64,000 bases of DNA from the human T2T-CHM13v2.0 reference genome, Homo sapiens. The position numbers were made by a program, and so were the translations under genes. Position 1 is the first letter of the stretch; every line of letters begins with the position of its first letter. Shown here piece after piece: positions 46,091-63,000 of this stretch. The DNA lies in NCBI RefSeq assembly GCF_009914755.1, contig NC_060927.1; one strand, 5' to 3'. Under the pieces are notes generated by a model, which saw only the letters and a program-made list of their open reading frames with translations, ran no database searches and was not told where the DNA came from.

Positions 46091-49000
46091 GATATACATA
46101 CTATAGTGTACATAAAATATCAAAGTACCCCAATATATATTATATACTGTACATGAAATATCAAAGTTCACAAACTATATATTATGTACTGTACATAAAA
46201 TATCAAAGTACCCAAGGTATATATTCTATACTGTACAAAAAATATCAAAGTACCCAAAGCATGTATTATATAATGTACATAAAATATGAAAGTACATCAA
46301 ATATATATTTTATTCTGCACATAAAATATCAAAGAACACCAGATATATATTCTATAGTGTACATAAAATATCAAAGTACTCAAACTATACATTATATACT
46401 GTACATAAAATATGAAATTACATCAAATATATATTAGGTACATAAAATATGAAAGTACATCAAATATATATTTTATTCTGTACATAAAATATCAAAGTAC
46501 ACCAGATATATATTCTATAGTGTACATAAAATAACAAAGTACACAAACTATAAATTATATAATGTACATAAAATATGAAATTACATCAAATATATATTAG
46601 GTACATAAAATATGAAAGTACATCAAATATAGATTATATACTGTACATATAATATCAATGTACCCGAAATATATATTTTATACTCTACATGAAATATCAA
46701 AGTTCACAAACCATATATTGTATACTGCACATAAAATATCAAAATACCCAAGGTATATATTCTATACTGTACAAAAAATATCAAAGTACCCAAAGCAGGT
46801 ATTATATACTGTACATAAAATATGAAAGTACATCAAATATATATTTTATTCTGTACATAAAATATCAAAGTACACCAGATATATATTCTATAGCGTACAT
46901 AAAATATCAAAGTACACAAACTATACATTATATACTGTACATAAAATATGAAATTACATCAAATATATATTATATTAGGTACATAAAATATGAAAGTACA
47001 TCAAATATAGATTATATACTGTACATTTAATACCAAAGTACCCCAAATATATATTTTATACTGAACATGAAATTTCAAAGTTCACAAACTATATATTATA
47101 TACTGTACATAAAATATCAAAGTACCCAAGGTATATATTCTATACTGTGCAAAAAATATCAAAGTACCCAAAGCATGTATTATATACTGTATATAAAATA
47201 TGAAAGTACATCAAATATATATTTTATTCTGTACATAAAATGTCAAAGTACACCAGATATATATTCTATAGTGTACAAAAAATATCAAAGTACCCAAACT
47301 ATACATTATATACTGTACATAAAATATGAAATTACATCAAATATATATTATATTAGGTACATAAAATACGAAAGTACATCAAATATAGATTATATACTGT
47401 ACATAAAATATCAAAGTACCCCAATATATATTATATACTGTACATGAAATATCAAAGTTCACAAACTATATATTATGTACTGTACATAAAATATCAAAGT
47501 ACCCAAGGTATATATTCTATACTGTACAAAAAATATCAAAGTACCCAAAGCATGTATTATATAATGTACATAAAATATGAAAGTACATCAAATATATATT
47601 TTATTCTGTACATAAAATATCAAAGAACACCAGATATATATTCTATAGTGTACATAAAATATCAAAGTACCCAAACTATACATTATATACTGTACATAAA
47701 ATATGAAATTACATCAAATATATATTATATTAGGTACATAAAATATGAAAGTACATCAAATATAGATTATATACTGTACATAAAATATCAAAGTACCCCA
47801 AATATATATTTTATACTCTACATGAAATATCAAACTTCACAAACCATACATTACATACTTTCCATAAAATATCAAAGTACCCATGGCATATATTCTATAC
47901 TGTACAAAAGATATCAAAGTACCCAAAGCATGTATTATATACTGTACATAAAATATGAAAGTACATCAAATATATATTTTATTCTGTACATAAAATATCA
48001 AAGTACACCAGATATATATTGTATAGTGTACATAAAATATCAAAATACCCAAACTATATATTATATACTGTACATAAAATATGAAATTACATCAAATATG
48101 TATTATATTAGGTACATAAAATATGAAAGTACATCAAATATAGATTATATACCGTACATAAAATATCAAAGTACCCCAAATATATATTATATACTATACA
48201 TGAAATATCAAATATCACAAACTATATATTATATACTGTACATAAAATATCAAAGTACCCAATGTATATATTCTATAGTGTACAAAAAATATCAAAGTAC
48301 CCAAAGCATGTATTATATACTGTACATAAAATATAAAAGTACATCAAATATATATTTTATTCTGTACATAAAATATGAAAGTACACCAGATATATATTCT
48401 ATAGTGTACATAAAATATCAAAGTACCCAAACTATACATTATATACTGTACATAAAATATGAAATTACATCAAATATATATTATATTAGGTACTTAAAAT
48501 ATGAAAGTACATCAAATATAGATTATATACTGTACATAAAATATCAAAGTACCCCAAATATATATTATATACTGTACATGAAATATCAAAGTTCACAACT
48601 ATATATTATATACTGTACATAAAATATCAAAGTCCCCAAGGTATATATTCTATACTGTACAAGAAATATCAAAGTACACAAAGCATGTATTATATACTGT
48701 ACATAAAATATGAAATTACATCAAATATATATTATATTAGGTACATAAAATATGAAAGTACATCAAATATAGATTATATACTATACATAAAATATCAAAG
48801 TACCCCAAATATATATTATATACTGTACATGTAATATCAAAGTTCACAACTATATATTACATACTGTACATAAAATATCAAAGTACCCAAGGTATATATT
48901 CTATACTGTACAAAAAATATCAAAGTACCCAAAGCATGTATTATATACTGTACATAAAATATGAAAGTACATCAAATATATATTTTATTCTGTACATAAA

Positions 49001-49410
49001 ATATCAAAGTACACCAGATATATATTCTATTGTGTATATAAAATATCAAAGTACCCAAACTATACATTATATACTGTACATAAAATATGAAATTACATCA
49101 AATATATATTATATTAGGTACATAAAATATGAAAGTACATGAAGTATAGATTATATACTGTACATAAAATATCAAAGTACCCCAAATTTATATTATATAC
49201 TATACATGAAATATCAAAGTTCACAAACTATATATTATATACTGTACATAAAATATCAAAGTACCCAAGGTATATATTCTATAGTGTACAAAAAATATCA
49301 AAGTACCCAAAGCATGTATTATATACCGTACATAAAATATAAAATTACATCAAATATATATTTTATTCTGTACATAAAATATCAAAGTACACCAGATATA
49401 CATACTATAG
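46091..49410 (+). repeat. Single dispersed copy of the 3304-bp super-unit
   Basis: The marker GATATACATACTATAG occurs at 46091 and 49395 (3304 apart). ORFs 46153/46689/47067/47444 mirror 40507/41043/41421/41798 at offset 5646. Confidence 0.85.
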
Positions 49411-52219
49411 TGTACATAAAATATCAAAGTACCCAAACTATACATTATACACTGTACATAAAATATGAAATTACATCAAATATATATTAGGTACATAAAA
49501 TATGAAAGTACATCAAATATAGATTATATACTGTAAATATAATATCAATGTACCCCAAATATATATTTTATACTCTACATGAAATATCAAAGTTCACAAA
49601 CCATATATTATATACTGTACATAAAATATCAAAGTACCCAAGGTATATATTCTATACTGAACAAAAAATATCAAAGTACCCAAAGCATGTATTATATACT
49701 GTACATAAAATATGGAAGTACATCAAATATATATTTTATTCTGTACATAAAATATCAAAGTACACCAGATATATATTCTATAGTGTACATAAAATATCAA
49801 AGTACCCAAACTATACATTATATACTGTACATAAAATATGAAATTACATCAAATATATATTATATTAGGTACATGAAATATGAAAGTACATCAAATATAG
49901 ATTATATACTGTACATAAAATATGAAAGTACCCCAAATATATATTATATACTCTACATGAAATATCAAAGTTCACAAACTATATATTATATACTGTACAT
50001 AAAATATCAAAGTACCCAAGGTATATATTCTATACTGTACAAAAAATATCAAAGTATCCAAAGCATGTATTATATACTGTATATAAAATATGAAAGTACA
50101 TCAAATATATATTTTATTCTGTACATAAAATATCAAAGTACACCAGATATATATTCTATAGTGTACATAAAATATCAAAGTACCCAAACTATACATTATA
50201 TACTGTACATAAAATATGAAATTACAGCAAATATATATTATATTAGGTACATAAAATATGAAAGTACATCAAATATAGATTATATACTGTACATTAAATA
50301 CCAAAGTACCCCAAATATATATTTTATACTGTACATGAAATATCAAAGTTCACAAACTATATATTATATACTGTACATAAAATATCAATGTACCCAAGGT
50401 ATATATTCTATACTGCACAAAAAATATCAAAGTACCCAGAGCATGTATTATATACTGTATATAAAATATGAAAGTACATCAAATATATATTTTATTCTGT
50501 ACATAAAATATCAAAGTACACCAGATATATATTCTATAGTGTACATAAAATAACAAAGTACACAAACTATAAATTATATACTGTACATAAAATATGAAAT
50601 TACATCAAATATATAGTAGGTACATAAAATATGAAAGTACATCAAATATAGATTATATACTGTACATATAATATCAATGTACCGGAAATATATATTTTAT
50701 ACTCTACATGAAATATCAAAGTTCACAAACCATATATTGTATACTGCACATAAAATATCAAAATACCCAAGGTATATATTCTATACTGTACAAAAAATAT
50801 CAAAGTACCCAAAGCAGGTATTATATACTGTACATAAAATATGAAAGTACATCAAATATATATTTTATTCTGTACATAAAATATCAAAGTACACCAGATA
50901 TATATTCTATAGCGTACATAAAATATCAAAGTACACAAACTATACATTATATACTGTACATAAAATATGAAATTACATCAAATATATATTATATTAGGTA
51001 CATAAAATATGAAAGTACATCAAATATAGATTATATACTGTACATTAAATACCAAAGTACCCCAAATATATATTTTATACTGAACATGAAATTTCAAAGT
51101 TCACAAACTATATATTATATACTGTACATAAAATATCAAAGTACCCAAGGTATATATTCTATACTGTACAAAAAATATCAAAGTACCCAAAGCATATATT
51201 ATATACTGTACATAAAATATGAAATTACATCAAATATATATTTTATTCTGTACATAAAATATCAAAGTACACCAGATATATATTCTATAGTGTACATAAA
51301 ATATCAAAGTACCCAAACTATACATTATATACTGTACATAAAATGTGAAATTACATCAAATATATATTATATTAGGTACATAAAATATGAAAGTACATCA
51401 AATATAGATTATATACTGTACATTAAATACCAATATACCCCAAATATATATTTTATACTGTACATGAAATATCAAAGTTCACACACTATATATTATATAC
51501 TGTACATAAAATATCAAAGTACGCAAGGTATATATTCTATACTGTACAAAAAACATCAAAGTACCCAAAGCATGTATTATATACTGTACATAAAATATGA
51601 AAGTACATCAAATATATATTTTATTCTGTACATAAAATATCAAAGTACACCAGATATATATTCTATAGTGTACATAAAATATCAAAGTACCCAAACTATA
51701 TATTATATACTGTACATAAAATATGAAATTACATCAAATATGTATTATATTAGGTACATAAAATATGAAAGTACATCAAATATAGATTATATACCGTACA
51801 TAAAATATCAAAGTACCCCAAATATATATTATATACTGTACATGAAATATCAAATATCACAAACTATATATTATATACTGTACATAAAATATCAAAGTAC
51901 CCAATGTATATATTCTATAGTGTACAAAAAATATCAAAGTACCCAAAGCATGTATTATATACTGTACATAAAATATAAAAGTACATCAAATATATATTTT
52001 ATTCTGTACATAAAATATGAAAGTACACCAGATATATATTCTATAGTGTACATAAAATATCAAAGTACCCAAACTATACATTATATACTGTACATAAAAT
52101 ATGAAATTACATCAAATATATATTATATTAGGTACTTAAAATATGAAAGTACATCAAATATAGATTATATACTGTACATAAAATATCAAAGTACCCCAAA
52201 TATATATTATATACTGTAC

Positions 52220-54012
52220 ATGAAATATCAAAGTTCACAACTATATATTATATACTGTACATAAAATATCAAAGTCCCCAAGGTATATATTCTATACTGT
52301 ACAAGAAATATCAAAGTACACAAAGCATGTATTATATACTGTACATAAAATATGAAATTACATCAAATATATATTATATTAGGTACATAAAATATGAAAG
52401 TACATCAAATATAGATTATATACTGTACATAAAATATCAAAGTACCCCAAATATATATTATATACTGTACATGTAATATCAAAGTTCACAACTATATATT
52501 ACATACTGTACATAAAATATCAAAGTACCCAAGGTATATATTCTATACTGTACAAAAAATATCAAAGTACCCAAAGCATGTATTATATACTGTACATAAA
52601 ATATGAAAGTACATCAAATATATATTTTATTCTGTACATAAAATATCAAAGTACACCAGATATATATTCTATAGTGTATATAAAATATCAAAGTACCCAA
52701 ACTATACATTATATACTGTACATAAAATATGAAATTACATCAAATATATATTATATTGGGTACATAAAATATGAAAGTACATGAAGTATAGATTATATAC
52801 TGTACATAAAATATCAAAGTACCCCAAATTTATATTATATACTATACATGAAATATCAAAGTTCACAAACTATATATTATATACTGTACATAAAATATCA
52901 AAGTACCCAAGGTATATATTCTATAGTGTACAAAAAATATCAAAGTACCCAAAGCATGTATTATATACCGTACATAAAATATAAAATTACATCAAATATA
53001 TATTTTATTCTGTACATAAAATATCAAAGTACACCAGATATACATACTATAGTGTACATAAAATATCAAAGTACCCCAATATATATTATATACTGTACAT
53101 GAAATATCAAAGTTCACAAACTATATATTATGTACTGTACATAAAATATCAAAGTACCCAAGGTATATATTCTATACTGTACAAAAAATATCAAAGTACC
53201 CAAAGCATGTATTATATAATGTACATAAAATATGAAAGTACATCAAATATATATTTTATTCTGTACATAAAATATCAAAGAACACCAGATATATATTCTA
53301 TAGTGTACATAAAATATCAAAGTACTCAAACTATACATTATATACTGTACATAAAATATGAAATTACATCAAATATATATTAGGTACATAAAATATGAAA
53401 GTACATCAAATATATATTTTATTCTGTACATAAAATATCAAAGTACACCAGATATATATTCTATAGTGTACATAAAATAACAAAGTACACAAACTATAAA
53501 TTATATAATGTACATAAAATATGAAATTACCTCAAATATATATTAGGTACATAAAATATGAAAGTACATCAAATATAGATTATATACTGTACATATAATA
53601 TCAATGTACCCGAAATATATATTTTATACTCTACATGAAATATCAAAGTTCACAAACCATATATTGTATACTGCACATAAAATATCAAAATACCCAAGGT
53701 ATATATTCTATACTGTACAAAAAATATCAAAGTACCCAAAGCAGGTATTATATACTGTACATAAAATATGAAAGTACATCAAATATATATTTCATTCTGT
53801 ACATAAAATATCAAAGTACACCAGATATATATTCTATAGCGTACATAAAATATCAAAGTACACAAACTATACATTATATACTGTACATAAAATATGAAAT
53901 TACATCAAATATATATTATATTAGGTACATAAAATATGAAAGTACATCAAATATAGATTATATACTGTACATTTAATACCAAAGTACCCCAAATATATAT
54001 TATATACTGTAC
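52220..54012 (+). repeat. 1793-bp (43-monomer) internally deleted derivative of the 3304-bp unit
   Basis: 52578->54371, 52848->54641, 53099->54892 and 53635->55428 are all 1793. The difference from 3304 is 1511 = 377+3x378. Confidence 0.88.
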
Positions 54013-57000
54013 ATGAAATATCAAAGTTCACAACTATATATTATATACTGTACATAAAATATCAAAGTCCCCAAGGTATATATTCTATACTGTACAAGAA
54101 ATATCAAAGTACACAAAGCATGTATTATATACTGTACATAAAATATGAAATTACATCAAATATATATTATATTAGGTACATAAAATATGAAAGTACATCA
54201 AATATAGATTATATACTGTACATAAAATATCAAAGTACCCCAAATATATATTATATACTGTACATGTAATATCAAAGTTCACAACTATATATTACATACT
54301 GTACATAAAATATCAAAGTACCCAAGGTATATATTCTATACTGTACAAAAAATATCAAAGTACCCAAAGCATGTATTATATACTGTACATAAAATATGAA
54401 AGTACATCAAATATATATTTTATTCTGTACATAAAATATCAAAGTACACCAGATATATATTCTATAGTGTATATAAAATATCAAAGTACCCAAACTATAC
54501 ATTATATACTGTACATAAAATATGAAATTACATCAAATATATATTATATTGGGTACATAAAATATGAAAGTACATGAAGTATAGATTATATACTGTACAT
54601 AAAATATCAAAGTACCCCAAATTTATATTATATACTATACATGAAATATCAAAGTTCACAAACTATATATTATATACTGTACATAAAATATCAAAGTACC
54701 CAAGGTATATATTCTATAGTGTACAAAAAATATCAAAGTACCCAAAGCATGTATTATATACCGTACATAAAATATAAAATTACATCAAATATATATTTTA
54801 TTCTGTACATAAAATATCAAAGTACACCAGATATACATACTATAGTGTACATAAAATATCAAAGTACCCCAATATATATTATATACTGTACATGAAATAT
54901 CAAAGTTCACAAACTATATATTATGTACTGTACATAAAATATCAAAGTACCCAAGGTATATATTCTATACTGTACAAAAAATATCAAAGTACCCAAAGCA
55001 TGTATTATATAATGTACATAAAATATGAAAGTACATCAAATATATATTTTATTCTGTACATAAAATATCAAAGAACACCAGATATATATTCTATAGTGTA
55101 CATAAAATATCAAAGTACTCAAACTATACATTATATACTGTACATAAAATATGAAATTACATCAAATATATATTAGGTACATAAAATATGAAAGTACATC
55201 AAATATATATTTTATTCTGTACATAAAATATCAAAGTACACCAGATATATATTCTATAGTGTACATAAAATAACAAAGTACACAAACTATAAATTATATA
55301 ATGTACATAAAATATGAAATTACCTCAAATATATATTAGGTACATAAAATATGAAAGTACATCAAATATAGATTATATACTGTACATATAATATCAATGT
55401 ACCCGAAATATATATTTTATACTCTACATGAAATATCAAAGTTCACAAACCATATATTGTATACTGCACATAAAATATCAAAATACCCAAGGTATATATT
55501 CTATACTGTACAAAAAATATCAAAGTACCCAAAGCAGGTATTATATACTGTACATAAAATATGAAAGTACATCAAATATATATTTCATTCTGTACATAAA
55601 ATATCAAAGTACACCAGATATATATTCTATAGCGTACATAAAATATCAAAGTACACAAACTATACATTATATACTGTACATAAAATATGAAATTACATCA
55701 AATATATATTATATTAGGTACATAAAATATGAAAGTACATCAAATATAGATTATATACTGTACATTTAATACCAAAGTACCCCAAATATATATTTTATAC
55801 TGAACATGAAATTTCAAAGTTCACAAACTATATATTATATACTGTACATAAAATATCAAAGTACCCAAGGTATATATTCTATACTGTGCAAAAAATATCA
55901 AAGTACCCAAAGCATGTATTATATACTGTATATAAAATATGAAAGTACATCAAATATATATTTTATTCTGTACATAAAATGTCAAAGTACCCCAGATATA
56001 TATTCTATAGTGTACAAAAAATATCAAAGTACCCAAACTATACATTATATACTGTACATAAAATATGAAATTACATCAAATATATATTATATTAGGTACA
56101 TAAAATACGAAAGTACATCAAATATAGATTATATACTGTACATAAAATATCAAAGTACCCCAATATATATTATATACTGTACATGAAATATCAAAGTTCA
56201 CAAACTATATATTATGTACTGTACATAAAATATCAAAGTACCGAAGGTATATATTCTATACTGTACAAAAAATATCAAAGTACCCAAAGCATGTATTATA
56301 TAATGTACATAAAATATGAAAGTACATCAAATATATATTTTATTCTGTACATAAAATATCAAAGAACACCAGATATATATTCTATAGTGTACATAAAATA
56401 TCAAAGTACCCTAACTATACATTATATACTGTACATAAAATATGAAATTACATCAAATATATATTATATTAGGTACATAAAATATGAAAGTACATCAAAT
56501 ATAGATTATATACTGTACATAAAATATCAAAGTACCCCAAATATATATTTTATACTCTACATGAAATATCAAACTTCACAAACCATACATTACATACTTT
56601 CCATAAAATATCAAAGTACCCATGGCATATATTCTATACTGTACAAAAGATATCAAAGTACCCAAAGCATGTATTATATACTGTACATAAAATATGAAAG
56701 TACATCAAATATATATTTTATTCTGTACATAAAATATCAAAGTACACCAGATATATATTGTATAGTGTACATAAAATATCAAAATACCCAAACTATATAT
56801 TATATACTGTACATAAAATATGAAATTACATCAAATATGTATTATATTAGGTACATAAAATATGAAAGTACATCAAATATAGATTATATACCGTACATAA
56901 AATATCAAAGTACCCCAAATATATATTATATACTATACATGAAATATCAAATATCACAAACTATATATTATATACTGTACATAAAATATCAAAGTACCCA

Positions 57001-60000
57001 ATGTATATATTCTATAGTGTACAAAAAATATCAAAGTACCCAAAGCATGTATTATATACTGTACATAAAATATAAAAGTACATCAAATATATATTTTATT
57101 CTGTACATAAAATATGAAAGTACACCAGATATATATTCTATAGTGTACATAAAATATCAAAGTACCCAAACTATACATTATATACTGTACATAAAATATG
57201 AAATTACATCAAATATATATTATATTAGGTACTTAAAATATGAAAGTACATCAAATATAGATTATATACTGTACATAAAATATCAAAGTACCCCAAATAT
57301 ATATTATATACTGTACATGAAATATCAAAGTTCACAACTATATATTATATACTGTACATAAAATATCAAAGTCCCCAAGGTATATATTCTATACTGTACA
57401 AGAAATATCAAAGTACACAAAGCATGTATTATATACTGTACATAAAATATGAAATTACATCAAATATATATTATATTAGGTACATAAAATATGAAAGTAC
57501 ATCAAATATAGATTATATACTGTACATAAAATATCAAAGTACCCCAAATATATATTATATACTGTACATGTAATATCAAAGTTCACAACTATATATTACA
57601 TACTGTACATAAAATATCAAAGTACCCAAGGTATATATTCTATACTGTACAAAAAATATCAAAGTACCCAAAGCATGTATTATATACTGTACATAAAATA
57701 TGAAAGTACATCAAATATATATTTTATTCTGTACATAAAATATCAAAGTACACCAGATATATATTCTATAGTGTATATAAAATATCAAAGTACCCAAACT
57801 ATACATTATATACTGTACATAAAATATGAAATTACATCAAATATATATTATATTGGGTACATAAAATATGAAAGTACATGAAGTATAGATTATATACTGT
57901 ACATAAAATATCAAAGTACCCCAAATTTATATTATATACTATACATGAAATATCAAAGTTCACAAACTATATATTATATACTGTACATAAAATATCAAAG
58001 TACCCAAGGTATATATTCTATAGTGTACAAAAAATATCAAAGTACCCAAAGCATGTATTATATACCGTACATAAAATATAAAATTACATCAAATATATAT
58101 TTTATTCTGTACATAAAATATCAAAGTACACCAGATATACATACTATAGTGTACATAAAATATCAAAGTACCCCAATATATATTATATACTGTACATGAA
58201 ATATCAAAGTTCACAAACTATATATTATGTACTGTACATAAAATATCAAAGTACCCAAGGTATATATTCTATACTGTACAAAAAATATCAAAGTACCCAA
58301 AGCATGTATTATATAATGTACATAAAATATGAAAGTACATCAAATATATATTTTATTCTGTACATAAAATATCAAAGAACACCAGATATATATTCTATAG
58401 TGTACATAAAATATCAAAGTACTCAAACTATACATTATATACTGTACATAAAATATGAAATTACATCAAATATATATTAGGTACATAAAATATGAAAGTA
58501 CATCAAATATATATTTTATTCTGTACATAAAATATCAAAGTACACCAGATATATATTCTATAGTGTACATAAAATAACAAAGTACACAAACTATAAATTA
58601 TATAATGTACATAAAATATGAAATTACCTCAAATATATATTAGGTACATAAAATATGAAAGTACATCAAATATAGATTATATACTGTACATATAATATCA
58701 ATGTACCCGAAATATATATTTTATACTCTACATGAAATATCAAAGTTCACAAACCATATATTGTATACTGCACATAAAATATCAAAATACCCAAGGTATA
58801 TATTCTATACTGTACAAAAAATATCAAAGTACCCAAAGCAGGTATTATATACTGTACATAAAATATGAAAGTACATCAAATATATATTTCATTCTGTACA
58901 TAAAATATCAAAGTACACCAGATATATATTCTATAGCGTACATAAAATATCAAAGTACACAAACTATACATTATATACTGTACATAAAATATGAAATTAC
59001 ATCAAATATATATTATATTAGGTACATAAAATATGAAAGTACATCAAATATAGATTATATACTGTACATTTAATACCAAAGTACCCCAAATATATATTTT
59101 ATACTGAACATGAAATTTCAAAGTTCACAAACTATATATTATATACTGTACATAAAATATCAAAGTACCCAAGGTATATATTCTATACTGTGCAAAAAAT
59201 ATCAAAGTACCCAAAGCATGTATTATATACTGTATATAAAATATGAAAGTACATCAAATATATATTTTATTCTGTACATAAAATGTCAAAGTACACCAGA
59301 TATATATTCTATAGTGTACAAAAAATATCAAAGTACCCAAACTATACATTATATACTGTACATAAAATATGAAATTACATCAAATATATATTATATTAGG
59401 TACATAAAATACGAAAGTACATCAAATATAGATTATATACTGTACATAAAATATCAAAGTACCCCAATATATATTATATACTGTACATGAAATATCAAAG
59501 TTCACAAACTATATATTATGTACTGTACATAAAATATCAAAGTACCGAAGGTATATATTCTATACTGTACAAAAAATATCAAAGTACCCAAAGCATGTAT
59601 TATATAATGTACATAAAATATGAAAGTACATCAAATATATATTTTATTCTGTACATAAAATATCAAAGAACACCAGATATATATTCTATAGTGTACATAA
59701 AATATCAAAGTACCCTAACTATACATTATATACTGTACATAAAATATGAAATTACATCAAATATATATTATATTAGGTACATAAAATATGAAAGTACATC
59801 AAATATAGATTATATACTGTACATAAAATATCAAAGTACCCCAAATATATATTTTATACTCTACATGAAATATCAAACTTCACAAACCATACATTACATA
59901 CTTTCCATAAAATATCAAAGTACCCATGGCATATATTCTATACTGTACAAAAGATATCAAAGTACCCAAAGCATGTATTATATACTGTACATAAAATATG

Positions 60001-63000
60001 AAAGTACATCAAATATATATTTTATTCTGTACATAAAATATCAAAGTACACCAGATATATATTGTATAGTGTACATAAAATATCAAAATACCCAAACTAT
60101 ATATTATATACTGTACATAAAATATGAAATTACATCAAATATGTATTATATTAGGTACATAAAATATGAAAGTACATCAAATATAGATTATATACCGTAC
60201 ATAAAATATCAAAGTACCCCAAATATATATTATATACTATACATGAAATATCAAATATCACAAACTATATATTATATACTGTACATAAAATATCAAAGTA
60301 CCCAATGTATATATTCTATAGTGTACAAAAAATATCAAAGTACCCAAAGCATGTATTATATACTGTACATAAAATATAAAAGTACATCAAATATATATTT
60401 TATTCTGTACATAAAATATGAAAGTACACCAGATATATATTCTATAGTGTACATAAAATATCAAAGTACCCAAACTATACATTATATACTGTACATAAAA
60501 TATGAAATTACATCAAATATATATTATATTAGGTACTTAAAATATGAAAGTACATCAAATATAGATTATATACTGTACATAAAATATCAAAGTACCCCAA
60601 ATATATATTATATACTGTACATGAAATATCAAAGTTCACAACTATATATTATATACTGTACATAAAATATCAAAGTCCCCAAGGTATATATTCTATACTG
60701 TACAAGAAATATCAAAGTACACAAAGCATGTATTATATACTGTACATAAAATATGAAATTACATCAAATATATATTATATTAGGTACATAAAATATGAAA
60801 GTACATCAAATATAGATTATATACTGTACATAAAATATCAAAGTACCCCAAATATATATTATATACTGTACATGTAATATCAAAGTTCACAACTATATAT
60901 TACATACTGTACATAAAATATCAAAGTACCCAAGGTATATATTCTATACTGTACAAAAAATATCAAAGTACCCAAAGCATGTATTATATACTGTACATAA
61001 AATATGAAAGTACATCAAATATATATTTTATTCTGTACATAAAATATCAAAGTACACCAGATATATATTCTATAGTGTATATAAAATATCAAAGTACCCA
61101 AACTATACATTATATACTGTACATAAAATATGAAATTACATCAAATATATATTATATTGGGTACATAAAATATGAAAGTACATGAAGTATAGATTATATA
61201 CTGTACATAAAATATCAAAGTACCCCAAATTTATATTATATACTATACATGAAATATCAAAGTTCACAAACTATATATTATATACTGTACATAAAATATC
61301 AAAGTACCCAAGGTATATATTCTATAGTGTACAAAAAATATCAAAGTACCCAAAGCATGTATTATATACCGTACATAAAATATAAAATTACATCAAATAT
61401 ATATTTTATTCTGTACATAAAATATCAAAGTACACCAGATATACATACTATAGTGTACATAAAATATCAAAGTACCCCAATATATATTATATACTGTACA
61501 TGAAATATCAAAGTTCACAAACTATATATTATGTACTGTACATAAAATATCAAAGTACCCAAGGTATATATTCTATACTGTACAAAAAATATCAAAGTAC
61601 CCAAAGCATGTATTATATAATGTACATAAAATATGAAAGTACATCAAATATATATTTTATTCTGTACATAAAATATCAAAGAACACCAGATATATATTCT
61701 ATAGTGTACATAAAATATCAAAGTACTCAAACTATACATTATATACTGTACATAAAATATGAAATTACATCAAATATATATTAGGTACATAAAATATGAA
61801 AGTACATCAAATATATATTTTATTCTGTACATAAAATATCAAAGTACACCAGATATATATTCTATAGTGTACATAAAATAACAAAGTACACAAACTATAA
61901 ATTATATAATGTACATAAAATATGAAATTACCTCAAATATATATTAGGTACATAAAATATGAAAGTACATCAAATATAGATTATATACTGTACATATAAT
62001 ATCAATGTACCCGAAATATATATTTTATACTCTACATGAAATATCAAAGTTCACAAACCATATATTGTATACTGCACATAAAATATCAAAATACCCAAGG
62101 TATATATTCTATACTGTACAAAAAATATCAAAGTACCCAAAGCAGGTATTATATACTGTACATAAAATATGAAAGTACATCAAATATATATTTCATTCTG
62201 TACATAAAATATCAAAGTACACCAGATATATATTCTATAGCGTACATAAAATATCAAAGTACACAAACTATACATTATATACTGTACATAAAATATGAAA
62301 TTACATCAAATATATATTATATTAGGTACATAAAATATGAAAGTACATCAAATATAGATTATATACTGTACATTTAATACCAAAGTACCCCAAATATATA
62401 TTTTATACTGAACATGAAATTTCAAAGTTCACAAACTATATATTATATACTGTACATAAAATATCAAAGTACCCAAGGTATATATTCTATACTGTGCAAA
62501 AAATATCAAAGTACCCAAAGCATGTATTATATACTGTATATAAAATATGAAAGTACATCAAATATATATTTTATTCTGTACATAAAATGTCAAAGTACAC
62601 CAGATATATATTCTATAGTGTACAAAAAATATCAAAGTACCCAAACTATACATTATATACTGTACATAAAATATGAAATTACATCAAATATATATTATAT
62701 TAGGTACATAAAATACGAAAGTACATCAAATATAGATTATATACTGTACATAAAATATCAAAGTACCCCAATATATATTATATACTGTACATGAAATATC
62801 AAAGTTCACAAACTATATATTATGTACTGTACATAAAATATCAAAGTACCGAAGGTATATATTCTATACTGTACAAAAAATATCAAAGTACCCAAAGCAT
62901 GTATTATATAATGTACATAAAATATGAAAGTACATCAAATATATATTTTATTCTGTACATAAAATATCAAAGAACACCAGATATATATTCTATAGTGTAC

